NCBI GenBank assembly: GCA_004764695.1
Contig: SMSO01000014.1
Span: forward strand, 1,669,648-1,733,647
DNA from: Schizochytrium sp. TIO01
Lineage: Eukaryota; Protista; Bigyra: Labyrinthulomycetes
Direction of reading: 5' to 3'
Length of the DNA: 64,000 nucleotides
The notes below the pieces were generated by a model. It saw only the letters and a list, made by a program, of their open reading frames with translations. It was not told the origin of the DNA and did not search any database. The position numbers were made by a program, and so were the translations under genes. This document shows, one piece after another, positions 47,901 through 58,470 of the stretch. How positions within the stretch are numbered: the first letter of the stretch is position 1; every line of letters starts with the position of its first letter.

Positions 47901-48197
47901 ATCTTACAACAAACTGTGTTTAGCAACACGAGGAAGTGCGTGTTTCAGGTCGAGATTATCTTTGCTTCTAGCAATGTGATCTCTGAGGGCCATTCAACAC
48001 GAACCTGCGTACGACCCCTGGTTGTGCAGGACTTCCGTTTCTTTTCCCCTTCAATAGATCAACGGTCAAGCCTCGAAGTCCCAATGTTTCTTGTTTGCCA
48101 TCCTCTAAGAAATAGCTTACTGTAATTTTAGTAATTAGTTCGAGATTTTCTTCATTTCTTTATGCTTGTACGAATATTTTAATTTCTAGATTGCTCG

Positions 48198-49430
48198 CTA
48201 ATGTTTGTTCTTTCTATCGAGGTAAAGATGCCGAGCGTTGTTAGCAAGGACATCAGCATGTTTTTGTGGCGGTATTTCATGATACACAAGGTTCTTCGCT
48301 GTATTCCAAAATGTTTCTAAACTAACCGCTGCCCCATCGAATGGATATCCCGAGCCAAAAAGAAGTCTTTCTGGCCCAAAAATCTTCACTGAATTTCGGA
48401 AGATCTCTTGCCAGTCTTCAGTTAGCTGATCAACCGTTGCTGGCCTTTTGTAGCTGTATCCAAGACCCGTGGAAAGAGCACCAAGTCGACTGAATTTCAA
48501 GTGTGTGTTGTTATTTGCCGCGATAGCTCGTAGACCTCTCATATAACCTCGACATTTTTGTAAGGGTCGTGGACATTTATAAGGAGCGCCAGCCTGAGTT
48601 ACTACAAATGTAGCTAATGGAACCATCTCTGCCACTTCCGCAATGTCTTCTAGGTCCATGTGACTATGAGGGACAATCTCTATAACTGTGTTATAGACCG
48701 CAGCAAGTCGAGCAAGTTCAATCATTCCATTGAGCTCCACCCGATTGCGGCCGTCGTTGAATATCGTCCAGCGAAACGAAGAAACACGGCGATTCTGGGC
48801 AAGAAATTCTGCATGCACGGGCCGCATTGCACGTGGAATGTACTGTTGTCCAATAAAGGCCGCAACAGCATAGCTTGAGGCATGATTTGAACGTTGAAAT
48901 TGATGTAACCTCTGATGACTTAGCCATTTAGCTTCGACCTGTGCAACAGTACTAATGCTGTTTTGGCCTTGGGGCGCAAACAGACTAGTTGACTCAGTCC
49001 ACATTGCCCCGGTAACGTTGAGTCGATGTGACAGAGATGCGTATTGAAATCCTTCTAAAGGTTCTACAAGAACCTCCGGGGTTGCATCGGCGTGAAGTTG
49101 CACTAGCAAGCTCCTGGGAAAGCCAAATAAAGCGATGAGCTGAGCTCTTACATGCGTATGTGGAATCCATTGAAGTAATGAGCTTACAACAGAACCTCGG
49201 CGGGGGACATGTGCGAAGTTGTGAAGATGTACTTCTGCATCAAAGAGCTCCACAAGGGGTGCTCGCTCTTCACCATCAACTGAACATATTTCGTCTTCTT
49301 CGAATTGAAAAATCTGATTCTGTATCAGGTATCGCTGCAAGTGCGTTGCGAAGTCCCATCCGAAAACTGCGATGCTAAGAACTGAAGCAGCAGCTAGAGT
49401 TGCTGCGAACCAGAATGAGGCCCACTTCAT
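48198..49430 (-). CDS. Amidohydrolase_2 (COG3618/lactonase-like) TIM-barrel protein with an N-terminal signal/anchor and degenerate catalytic motifs
   Basis: LFDAEVHL, NTHLKFSRLG, FGPERLLFGSGYPFD and NNARHLY match the family scaffold. Hydrophobic N-terminus MKWASFWFAATLAAASVLSIAVFGW. First ATG at 49430. Confidence 0.78.
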   Translation of the reverse strand: MKWASFWFAATLAAASVLSIAVFGWDFATHLQRYLIQNQIFQFEEDEICSVDGEERAPLVELFDAEVHLHNFAHVPRRGSVVSSLLQWIPHTHVRAQLIALFGFPRSLLVQLHADATPEVLVEPLEGFQYASLSHRLNVTGAMWTESTSLFAPQGQNSISTVAQVEAKWLSHQRLHQFQRSNHASSYAVAAFIGQQYIPRAMRPVHAEFLAQNRRVSSFRWTIFNDGRNRVELNGMIELARLAAVYNTVIEIVPHSHMDLEDIAEVAEMVPLATFVVTQAGAPYKCPRPLQKCRGYMRGLRAIAANNNTHLKFSRLGALSTGLGYSYKRPATVDQLTEDWQEIFRNSVKIFGPERLLFGSGYPFDGAAVSLETFWNTAKNLVYHEIPPQKHADVLANNARHLYLDRKNKH

Positions 49431-50244
49431 CGTGTAGCGACTGAAAACCGACTTCCAAGCCTTCTTTACTAAAGGTGTGAGGGAACAGACTCTATTTTGC
49501 GGTAGCACGTGACGCCAACGTCAGAACATTGCTTTCAGCTGCCTTTCCCTCGTTTTCTACAGTCTGCGAGCTGAGCTTTTGTAGCGTTTTGTTTACCCAA
49601 CGATTCATGCTTCCGTTGAGCACTAAGTCAACCATGACAAGCTGACAATATGTTAATTTTTTTTAATGACATTAAAATTTAAAATTGCAGAATAGAAGTA
49701 ACGAGCCTTGCAAGTCAAGAGAACAACAACTTAAAAGTGCCTTTACACGTGCTTAATTTGGTCAGTTTATTTATTCATTTGATACTGTGTTTTGTTTACT
49801 GTGTCATTAGTTAGACCCGATTTGCAAAGCACCTCAGACTTTACTGCTGCATTTGCGCTGTTTAGCAACAGTACAGAGGAGTAATAAAAGGTAGCCAATA
49901 ACATTAAAATGTTACTATGCTTTCGATCAGGTTGGTGTTTCTTTTGCAAGTTTCTCAAAGCCATTAAACTCTCTTTTCTTACCGCAAACGTCTTGTGTGC
50001 TTAGTGTCTGACTAAAACAAGAAAATTGATCACATTTTTGACAGAAGGAGGTACCAGTAGATAATATTAGTAGTACCCTAACAAAGGCAAATTAAGGACG
50101 CAAGTGGTTTTCAACACCTATTACCACTCAGCTAGGTTATAATAGGCCTCCGAGGACTTCATCAAGAAACCTCGTACGTAACAAAAAAGCAAACCTCAAA
50201 GAAGCCCAAGTCTTTGGCTGATATTTCGGACTTTGCTGTGAGTC

Positions 50245-51459
50245 ATGGCATCTCCAAACCCCAACACGCCTTTGGTGTTGCTTTACTATTGCTATGTCAA
50301 GGTTGAGGATCCTGAAAAGCTTGCAAAGCAACAGGAAAATTTGTGTGAGCGACTAGATCTCAAGGGACGCGTGCGAGTGGCTGGAGAAGGTTTGAACGGG
50401 ACCCTGGCAGGAGACCCTGCAGCTTTAGATGCATACAAGCAGGAGACAGAGAATGTTTTGGGGTGTTTTGATATTGATTGGAAAACATCCCCTGTTGCAA
50501 TTCAGGAGGTATCGTCAAATGACGATGGCGAGGATACCAAGGGGGTCTTTCCTGATCTCCTCATCAAGGTTGTGGACAATCTTGTAGGGGCAAGTGGTAC
50601 TCGCATGGGCCAGAATGACTACGCAATAGACCGCACAGGCGTTCATCTAAGTCCATCAGAATTTCATGCAACTATTGCAGAGACGAAACCCGAGGATCTA
50701 GTCTTGATTGATGTTCGCAACCAATACGAGTATGAGGTTGGTCATTTCAAGGGTGCAGTAAACCCATCCACGCGCAAATTCAGTGACTTTGAAGATTGGT
50801 TTAAAAGTCAAGGCGTTTCGCTTGTTCAAGGTAAGCAAAAGGTCCTTATGTATTGTACGGGGGGTATTCGTTGTGAGACTGCAAGTATGATGGTAAGGGA
50901 GGTCCTTAATCAACATGGTAAAACCCAGCTGCAAGTTGATGCATCTGACAATGAAGAGGTTTTGGCACAAGAAGTCAAAAAGACCGATGCCCTTCCTGCT
51001 GTATATCAACTGAAAGGCGGTATTCATCGGTACCTAGAGGCCTACCCGGAGGGTTTTTTTGGGGGTCGAAACTTTGTTTTTGATGGGCGTGTCCTCCAAC
51101 CCACCATGCACGGTGCACCTGTGGGCAAATGTACTTACTGTGAATGTACGTGGGATAGTCACTCAGATGATCGCCGCTGCCAAAAATGTCGAATGTTGGT
51201 ATTAGTTTGTGATGATTGCGCATCTCATCCTGGTGGAATGTGGTGTGCGCACCACGAGCTACTGGACCCGCGCAAGACATCACAAGAGGCTCTTGGAAAA
51301 CGTCGCAGGGCACTAGAAGAACGTTTAGCCTCACTTATGGGACGGACACAGTCTCGTCAGCGCCGTAAGGTGCGGTCGCAAATCGAGGAGTTAGATGAGG
51401 CAAAGCGTCGATTAAGCCAAAAGGCAGAAATCGGTTTAGAAACAGTGAACTCAACCTAA
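50245..51459 (+). CDS. TSTD2: TSTD2/TrhO(YceA)-family rhodanese-domain protein
   Basis: VLLYYCY, LKGRVRVAGEGLNGTL, HLSPSEFH, LIDVRNQYEYEVGHF, MYCTGGIRCE, YQLKGGIHRYLE, NFVFDGR and a C-terminal CxxC...CxxC...CxxC cluster. Confidence 0.9.
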   Translation: MASPNPNTPLVLLYYCYVKVEDPEKLAKQQENLCERLDLKGRVRVAGEGLNGTLAGDPAALDAYKQETENVLGCFDIDWKTSPVAIQEVSSNDDGEDTKGVFPDLLIKVVDNLVGASGTRMGQNDYAIDRTGVHLSPSEFHATIAETKPEDLVLIDVRNQYEYEVGHFKGAVNPSTRKFSDFEDWFKSQGVSLVQGKQKVLMYCTGGIRCETASMMVREVLNQHGKTQLQVDASDNEEVLAQEVKKTDALPAVYQLKGGIHRYLEAYPEGFFGGRNFVFDGRVLQPTMHGAPVGKCTYCECTWDSHSDDRRCQKCRMLVLVCDDCASHPGGMWCAHHELLDPRKTSQEALGKRRRALEERLASLMGRTQSRQRRKVRSQIEELDEAKRRLSQKAEIGLETVNST

Positions 51460-53940
51460 CGTTTTTAACAGTTCTTCTTCTTCCAAGCCGATTTCCTCCA
51501 GACGAGACTTAAGCTTTGCAATTTTCTGCTCCAAAGCTTGACATTCTACATCAGTAGTAGTTGGATCAAATGTAAAAGTGGCAGCGTGGCTGCATTCTGC
51601 AACTGTTTGTGTCTCAATCGCTCTTGACACGATTGCGTTTGGGATTGGGGATGTTCCACACTCAACCAAATCCGCTGGAGTTGTTTTGCAGTGGTCACTG
51701 TGATTGCCCTCCACAGAGCTCTCAATCTCAACTTCGAGGTGATCGTAGAATGCGTCAGTTCCTGTTTCACGCTGCTCTTGTGACGGAAAGGCTGGAGATG
51801 ATGCAATATCTGCAAATTCGACCTTGTTTGTTTCAGTTGCCGCATCATTCACATCTACGGCAGTAACATTGATAAGTGGTAAAGTGGATGCTTCTACTTT
51901 ATTACCTTCTGAAGATTCCTTTTGGCCCAAAGATATACGTAACGAACAATTTAATTCTGCGTCTTCAAGTGAATCCTGCTCATTAAGTCTCGACTGCTCA
52001 TTATTGCTCCTTAATGCACAATTGTAATCTGCGTTCAAATTGATGTCAGTTTCGTTGTTTTCTTCGTCGCTGCTGAGAGTAAGTTCGTCGTTTTCACGAT
52101 GTGGCTGTGGTTGAATTGTCTCTTTTATAATCTGCTCTGTTGGTGGGGTCTTTGCATCTTGTTCCATTTCTGGGCTTGAACATTCTTGGCCAAGAGATTG
52201 GGTAGACTCATTCTCTAATTTTCCACTTATAGGACTTTTCTCCTCCGAAACTTTCACTTCCTCCAGTTGTTCATCCTGTTGCTGATGAAATTGTTGTTCT
52301 TGTTGATTATGATGTATTCCCTCTAAAGTGTCTTTGTCACCAAGTTGTTCACCCTGTTGCTGATGTAGTTGTTGTTGCATTTCCTCCAAAGAATTTTCAT
52401 CCCCAAGTTGTCCATCCTGTTGCTGATGAAATTGTTGTTCTTGTTGATTATGAGGTATTCCCTCCAAAGCATTTTCGTCACCAAGTTGTTCATCCTGTTG
52501 CTGATGTAATTGCTGTTCTTGTTGATTATGATGTTTTCCCTTCAAAGTGTTTTCGTCCCCAAGTTGTTCATCCTGTTGCTGATGTAATTGTTGTTGTTTC
52601 CCCTCCAAGGAGTCTCCATCCTCAAGCTGTCCATCCTGTTGCTGATGTAGTTGTTGTATGTGCTCTCTTGGATCAACTGAATCTGACTCACTGGAAACAT
52701 TTGGACAGACCAGTATATCAGATTGGCCACTTTCTATATGGGATAAAGCAGGGGACTGTTCACTGTTGCTGATATGAACAAAAGAACCTACCGCGGGCTC
52801 AACTGTTTCCAAGGATATTGAATTTTGCTGTTCCACCACCTTGTCTATCGAAGAGTCCCGCATTCCTGGACTATTATCTGGTTGCTGCATTTGGTGATCT
52901 GGTGTTGCAGTAAAATCATTGCCAAGGTCCAGAGGAGTCAAGAGACGTGGTGGCGGTACTTGGCGAGTATGAACCTGAATAAATTCATGAGTATACTTTT
53001 CGTAAGATGACGGCGGGGCAGAATCATAGTTGTTGGCATGCGTGATAGTTTGCTGAAATTGAGTAACCCGATGACTACGGGAGAATGCTGGCGCTGGCAG
53101 CGATGGTGGCGATGGTGGTGGAGAGGGAGGGGGTGTGTGTGAGCTCGACTTTGTTGTGAATAGAGGTGGTGGTGGAGGAGGTGGTGGTGGTGCATCAAAA
53201 CTTTGGTCAAGAAATTGAAGTCCTTCCAGTTCAACAGAAGACTCAGAATAAGCCATACTTCCAGAAGTTCGTCGTGAACTGTTGGATATAAAACTTGAGG
53301 CAAGAGCCAAATCATCCTCACTTTCGCTCAAGTTGTCATCCTCTAAGAAGTTCTTACGTGCAGGAGGAGGACTTGAACGTCTGCTCTGTCCAAGCGGTGG
53401 CAGAGATTTCTCACTTCCTGGCGACTGCACCCAAGAGGCAGCCATACCAAATTTGTTACTCACATTATCTTGTGACTGAGGTTTGGGGTCTTCGAAGAGG
53501 TCTTTGTGTCTCGCCAAGATTTCATCGGCACGACGATTTAACTCCTGAACGTCAAAGATTTCATCAACCCCATCCATTTCAAAATCATTGCCATCATTCA
53601 AAACCTGAGATTCTTCGTCGATTAGAGTATCTCGTTGTAATAAACTGTTTGCTCTGTGGTCATCAAATTTGGGCAAATTTGGTGTTGCTTGAGAGGCTGA
53701 GGAAGGTCGATCGTTACTTTCTTCTTCACGATTTTTCCACCAAAAAAGTTTACTATTGTCTGTCTGGGCTCGTCTTTGCTCTGGGCTTCTCGGCGGAGCT
53801 CTTCGAAACCTTTCAATAAATGTAGCAATTGTACTTCCATTCTTCGAAGACTTATCTGAGCCGTTTGTGTCGTCGGGATCCTTCGCGCTGTCGCTGTTTC
53901 TATCGACCGCAACGGTGATGTTCTTTGCACGATGTCTCAT
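51451..53940 (-). CDS. Disordered Pro/Ser/Gln-rich protein with a PROSER3-like N-terminal motif and a C-terminal coiled coil
   Basis: 829-aa ORF. IATFIERFRRAPPRSPEQR...FWW resembles the conserved PROSER3 motif as I recall it (not verified). Also poly-Pro, internal tandem repeats and the coiled coil ALEQKIAKLKSRLEEI. Confidence 0.65.
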   Translation of the reverse strand: MRHRAKNITVAVDRNSDSAKDPDDTNGSDKSSKNGSTIATFIERFRRAPPRSPEQRRAQTDNSKLFWWKNREEESNDRPSSASQATPNLPKFDDHRANSLLQRDTLIDEESQVLNDGNDFEMDGVDEIFDVQELNRRADEILARHKDLFEDPKPQSQDNVSNKFGMAASWVQSPGSEKSLPPLGQSRRSSPPPARKNFLEDDNLSESEDDLALASSFISNSSRRTSGSMAYSESSVELEGLQFLDQSFDAPPPPPPPPPLFTTKSSSHTPPPSPPPSPPSLPAPAFSRSHRVTQFQQTITHANNYDSAPPSSYEKYTHEFIQVHTRQVPPPRLLTPLDLGNDFTATPDHQMQQPDNSPGMRDSSIDKVVEQQNSISLETVEPAVGSFVHISNSEQSPALSHIESGQSDILVCPNVSSESDSVDPREHIQQLHQQQDGQLEDGDSLEGKQQQLHQQQDEQLGDENTLKGKHHNQQEQQLHQQQDEQLGDENALEGIPHNQQEQQFHQQQDGQLGDENSLEEMQQQLHQQQGEQLGDKDTLEGIHHNQQEQQFHQQQDEQLEEVKVSEEKSPISGKLENESTQSLGQECSSPEMEQDAKTPPTEQIIKETIQPQPHRENDELTLSSDEENNETDINLNADYNCALRSNNEQSRLNEQDSLEDAELNCSLRISLGQKESSEGNKVEASTLPLINVTAVDVNDAATETNKVEFADIASSPAFPSQEQRETGTDAFYDHLEVEIESSVEGNHSDHCKTTPADLVECGTSPIPNAIVSRAIETQTVAECSHAATFTFDPTTTDVECQALEQKIAKLKSRLEEIGLEEEELLKTLG
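52258..52656 (-). repeat. Coding minisatellite, six copies of 63/78-nt units (QQ[LF]HQQQ[DG][EG]QLGD...)
   Basis: Unit lengths are 21, 26, 26, 21, 26 aa plus a partial unit. The DNA core cctgttgctgatg recurs on the + strand. Confidence 0.92.
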
Positions 53941-54767
53941 CTGTCTGTTCGTTATTCACTTATTATTCCAATCTTACCACGTTGCAGGGGCTCCCTGTAG
54001 TCCTGCAACGCGAGTCAAGTCTCTTGGACGTCTCAGAGGGTTAAGAGGTGCAACGGGTTTTGTTCGCATCCTGTCCTTTTGTTTCTTTATTCACTTTTTC
54101 TTTTAGAAGACAGTCTAGTTATCAATGACCTTCAGCTGGTCTTTTAGCAAACTCATTGTCAAAGCCCACATCACAGGGTACAAGAGGGACAGCATGAGTA
54201 ACCTCCTATGAGGTTAATGAATCGTGCAAAAGAAGGAGTTCCTCTTCAGAATATAAGCTGTTACTGTGATCAGCAGCTTGCCCAATTCTATATAGCGAGA
54301 TCACATCTGAGATTAGGAACAGCAATATCATCAAAATGCTTTCTGTCATGATGGTATTAAAAAATAAAAAAAAAAAAAAAAAGGTGTCTGTGGAGAACCA
54401 TAAATGCCTTATATTTGGACGATTGTCATGGGATTTTATAATTTGGAAATCAGTACGTGAAAATCGTTTTTGTCCTAAGAAAAGAAAACTATTCGAACAA
54501 GAAGAAACCCAAGAAACTGCTGAGCTGTAACCAGTACCATGTTTTCTTCAAGAGAATTCGAGATTATCTGCTCTCTCCTTTGAAACAGAAAGAACATCGA
54601 TACGTGCAGCCGCAGCATTTGATCGTCCATTCCTGTATTTCTTTATATTTTTTATTAGTCCACCGGATGAGTGGATGCAATTACATACTACCTTAGGTGC
54701 CAGCTTACTGCCGCCGGACTTGAGTAAAATGAATTTGAAGTCTACATTAACCCTCTTCTGATCAATC

Positions 54768-55565
54768 ATGATGGGTCTCACAAGTACAGACCAGCCTGCA
54801 GTGGTGCGGTTCCGCGAGGGTAGCCCCACACGGCCTCTCTGGATAGTGCTTCCTGGCTACCTTGTATGTGACACCGTGGAGTCCATGCTGGCCTCCGTGG
54901 CATCTCGGGTCAAAGATGCTCGTGAAACACCTTCTGGCCAGAGACTTGCCGAGGCGCATAAAGCAGTTGGTCTTGATATGCAACCCGTAGATCAACCCGT
55001 TTGCACAATTGAGTCTCTAGTGGAGTTGGCGCATCAAGCATTTCAAGATGCCCTTGACGCGTGCATAAAAGCTGCAAAAGACCAAGGTCTCAGTGTTGAG
55101 GATGGCACCTTAGATCTTGCAGGTCTCGATCGTGACCGACCGTTTCTGACTGCTCTAGGGTGGTTGTATGGGCCTCAAAGCAGTATGGTGGCACACCACG
55201 ATACACCAACGTTTCCTGGTTCAAAGGACGAGTGGCTAGTTTCCTTCAACGCCGGCTTGACGATGAATTTTGAGGCCGACGGTGAGCCGCTTCCACTAGC
55301 CAGTGGTGATGTGGTAGTCATGGACACGCTCGCTGTTAAACATGGAGTACTTGGCATTTTGCCTGGAACCGCTCCTGCAGAATGCAGTCTGCAGGATGCA
55401 CGACTAGGGCTTTTGCTTTGGAGTTCGTATAATCCGGACCCCAAAGCAAGGGCTACTTTGGCAGCAGATGAGGGAGCCGCTGCCGAGGGATTGTCTAATC
55501 TCTTTCCCGATAGCAGCGATGATGATGATGATGATGATGATGAAGGCAACAACAACGACGAGTGA
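54768..55565 (+). CDS. AlkB-like 2OG-Fe(II) dioxygenase
   Basis: LY.....MVAHHD (HxD), WLVSFNAG, F...LASGDVVVM, HGV (distal His), RLGLLLW (2OG-binding Arg) and a poly-Asp tail. Confidence 0.75.
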   Translation: MMGLTSTDQPAVVRFREGSPTRPLWIVLPGYLVCDTVESMLASVASRVKDARETPSGQRLAEAHKAVGLDMQPVDQPVCTIESLVELAHQAFQDALDACIKAAKDQGLSVEDGTLDLAGLDRDRPFLTALGWLYGPQSSMVAHHDTPTFPGSKDEWLVSFNAGLTMNFEADGEPLPLASGDVVVMDTLAVKHGVLGILPGTAPAECSLQDARLGLLLWSSYNPDPKARATLAADEGAAAEGLSNLFPDSSDDDDDDDDEGNNNDE

Positions 55566-56364
55566 TGCACCTTATTTACATTTGTCCTTGTTGATTAAGC
55601 GATGCGGGATAGCAGCGAAAAGGACAATCATGACGAAGACAAGTGATGCACCTTTGTTGCATCTATCCTTGTTAAGTACGGCGATTCGTATTATTTTCCA
55701 GTTTCTTCAAGCTAGTAATCTAAGCAGTAGATTTGTTGGAAGGTCGTGAATCTAATACCAGTACGAATACGATTTGCTAACTTCTTTGGAATTGTTTACA
55801 CACTTGAAACCATGTTTCGAAGAATTGATAGGTAACAGAGTCGTATAATGATGTACAATATCATAGATAAAAGCATTGGATAATCAGAAGTGTAATAATT
55901 AAGATCTATAAAAACTTGTTTTCGGTGCAGAGCATGTTCGGGTATGCTTGAGATGGTGGAAGCATACACTTGCGATTTAAAATACTTTGTAGATCCTGAC
56001 CATAGGCAGCATAAGTTAGATGTATATTAAAAAAATGATTGTTTAGAAGTCGATATATTATTTAGTTATGCTCAACAAAGGGAGTAGAGTAGTAGGGTAC
56101 GAAAAATAACAAAAGCAGCAAGAATGAGCAACAGAACGCATGTTCAGCGGTTGTGCATTTACTCTAATAACTTTCGCTATATGAAGGTTTGTGTGCAGAT
56201 GGGTTAAAGAACGGAAGGCAGAAGACGGGGCTCAATTTGCGGAAAGATGTGCAATAGCAGATAATTTGGATGAATCAGATGGCCATAGACATTCCGAATA
56301 GGAAACTATTCACCAAGTCACTGAGACCCATAGTTGTTTGTTCATACTGAAATCCAAGATACAC

Positions 56365-58470
56365 TTAGAGATCAGTCTTGACATGAGGAAATTCGTCGGT
56401 GTTCTTGCCACCATACTCCTTGTAAAGAACTTCATCGTCGATGTGCTCAAGCATCGCAGCAGTACCAGGGTGAGGGAAGAGTTGAATCTTCGCCAAAACA
56501 ACAGGGTCAAGAAACTGTTTGCAGAGTTTCCAGGCACTGTGGACAACTGAAGGCATGTTTACAAGAAAGATAGGACCGACTTGCTCGGGAAAGTGAACCT
56601 CAACTTCCTTTGAGAAAGCCTTGAGGAGCGAGATAGAGCGCAAGGCGTGGACAAACTTAACACCCTTCATGTCAGCGATAAAGAGCATCTTCCACTGAAC
56701 GTTGCCGGCTGCTGCACCCTTGCGGAATTCAAGGATAATGTTGGCCATCTCATAGATATAGCAGTCCAGCCAGTCGCGAACAGTCATAGACTTGGCAAGA
56801 TCCGAGCCTAGTGAGTTAATAAATTCACCAATACGCTCGATAATAATGGGCATGCCGTTCTTGGACCAACCCATGCAGCGACGAACACGCAGTTTACGGT
56901 ATGCCTCGAGCTTGGCAGGCGGCTTCATAATAATTTCATGAAGCTTGATCTGCTGGCGCCATACAAGGGTGCTCAGTAGACGTTCACTTGCAAGGTTCTT
57001 GTCATACTTATCAGCTTGGAGAAAGCGGAGAATACTAAAGTCGTCAGGAACCGGATACGGAAGACGGCGATCAAGACCTTGGAAGGTGCCAAGCTTTTGC
57101 AAGAAGTCCTTGCGGAACTCCTTGAAAACAAGCACTTGCTCAGGGCTCATTTCTTTGTAGTGTAAGCACGACTCAAGGGGGATGTTTTGGCCGCCAAAGT
57201 GGTTGAGCCAGATCTTGTGAGAGATACCATATTCAGGGCAGACTGGGCCATCCTCATCTTCTCCGTGTTGCTGCTTGTAGCTTGCAGCAGAAGGGGAATG
57301 CGGCTGCGAGCTGACGCGGTCACCGGTTGTCACAGACATAGAGCGGCGTGTCTTCAGATTAGATTGGTGGTGATCATCTAGCTTAAGTTGGTTATGCCCA
57401 ACGTGAGTGACACCCTCATGTGCATGGTTCTCCTCCGGCGTGTGAAGCGTAACAGATTTACTCAGCTTTGACAGCTTGGAATCATCAGTTTGGCGAGGCA
57501 TATAGATGGATGTGAGCTTGTGCTTGGAGTGGTTTACATCGAATTTATCTCCCTTGGAAGACTCCTCGCCAGAGGCTTGGACTCTTACAAAGGAAATGAC
57601 TGTGTAAAGGATTCCCAATAGAACCCAGAAAAGGACCATAGCGAGCGCCAGCTGAGTATACCTTTCCGTGATATGCAACTTTGGCGTATCCGAGTCAGCA
57701 TTAAAATGAAAGATGGCAACTAACAATCCGGTCGCGAGGCAACCGAGACCAGATGCGAGGAGCTGGTTAAATACTGCACGTTCATTTGCGAGTTGGTGCG
57801 TGAGAGAAAGTTGACCCTTGGCTAATTCATGCATGGTTGCTCGAAGCGAGGCAACCTCTTCCTTCCAGGTCGCCTCTTGGCGCGTAGCTTGCTTCTCTAC
57901 AAGAGTCTCAAGGCGAACAATGCGATCCTCTTGCTGCTGCTGGGCGATTGAAATTTGATGTTGCCTTTGTTGGATGACTTCTTGCTGCGAGGAGATACTC
58001 GAGTGATTTGCGCGGCGACGCGAGCGAGGGGACATCAATCCACTAGATCCGTAATTGGTGGGGGAAGAGAAACCCTCTGGGGATGCTGTCGTAGAGCGTA
58101 CAGAGAGATGCCCCTGGCTGTTATCTGCGTCAGGGTCAGGAAAGTTTGTCGATGTGGTTGAGTATCCCGAGACAGAATCATCAGATCTGTTGGACTTTGA
58201 TTTGCCACCAATACTTCTACGAATTGATTTGAAGAAAAATGGGCGCCCTGACCGCGACGATTTCCTGCTCGATGTGCTTTCTTTCGAATACATAGTGAGG
58301 CTGTCTGCTTCTGTGCTACGGGTGCTGTGGTTATTTTCAAAACCAAAGTCACGGTCACTCAGCACGCGATGGCCTCTCTCCGAGCTCACGCATAGGCTCT
58401 CCGAGGACAATGACGCGATACCCCTTGTCATGCCAGGCTCGGACCTGACTTCCACTTGTGCGAGCTCCAT
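56365..58470 (-). CDS. Sec14/CRAL-TRIO lipid-binding protein with a disordered N-terminus, coiled coil and two TM helices
   Basis: DDFSILRFLQADKYD...LVWR (CRAL-TRIO_N), GWSKNGMPIIIERIG, IADMKG, HFPEQVGPIFLVNMP, KQFLDPVVLAKI, LYKEYGG. Two hydrophobic segments lie in the middle of the protein. Confidence 0.88.
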   Translation of the reverse strand: MELAQVEVRSEPGMTRGIASLSSESLCVSSERGHRVLSDRDFGFENNHSTRSTEADSLTMYSKESTSSRKSSRSGRPFFFKSIRRSIGGKSKSNRSDDSVSGYSTTSTNFPDPDADNSQGHLSVRSTTASPEGFSSPTNYGSSGLMSPRSRRRANHSSISSQQEVIQQRQHQISIAQQQQEDRIVRLETLVEKQATRQEATWKEEVASLRATMHELAKGQLSLTHQLANERAVFNQLLASGLGCLATGLLVAIFHFNADSDTPKLHITERYTQLALAMVLFWVLLGILYTVISFVRVQASGEESSKGDKFDVNHSKHKLTSIYMPRQTDDSKLSKLSKSVTLHTPEENHAHEGVTHVGHNQLKLDDHHQSNLKTRRSMSVTTGDRVSSQPHSPSAASYKQQHGEDEDGPVCPEYGISHKIWLNHFGGQNIPLESCLHYKEMSPEQVLVFKEFRKDFLQKLGTFQGLDRRLPYPVPDDFSILRFLQADKYDKNLASERLLSTLVWRQQIKLHEIIMKPPAKLEAYRKLRVRRCMGWSKNGMPIIIERIGEFINSLGSDLAKSMTVRDWLDCYIYEMANIILEFRKGAAAGNVQWKMLFIADMKGVKFVHALRSISLLKAFSKEVEVHFPEQVGPIFLVNMPSVVHSAWKLCKQFLDPVVLAKIQLFPHPGTAAMLEHIDDEVLYKEYGGKNTDEFPHVKTDL

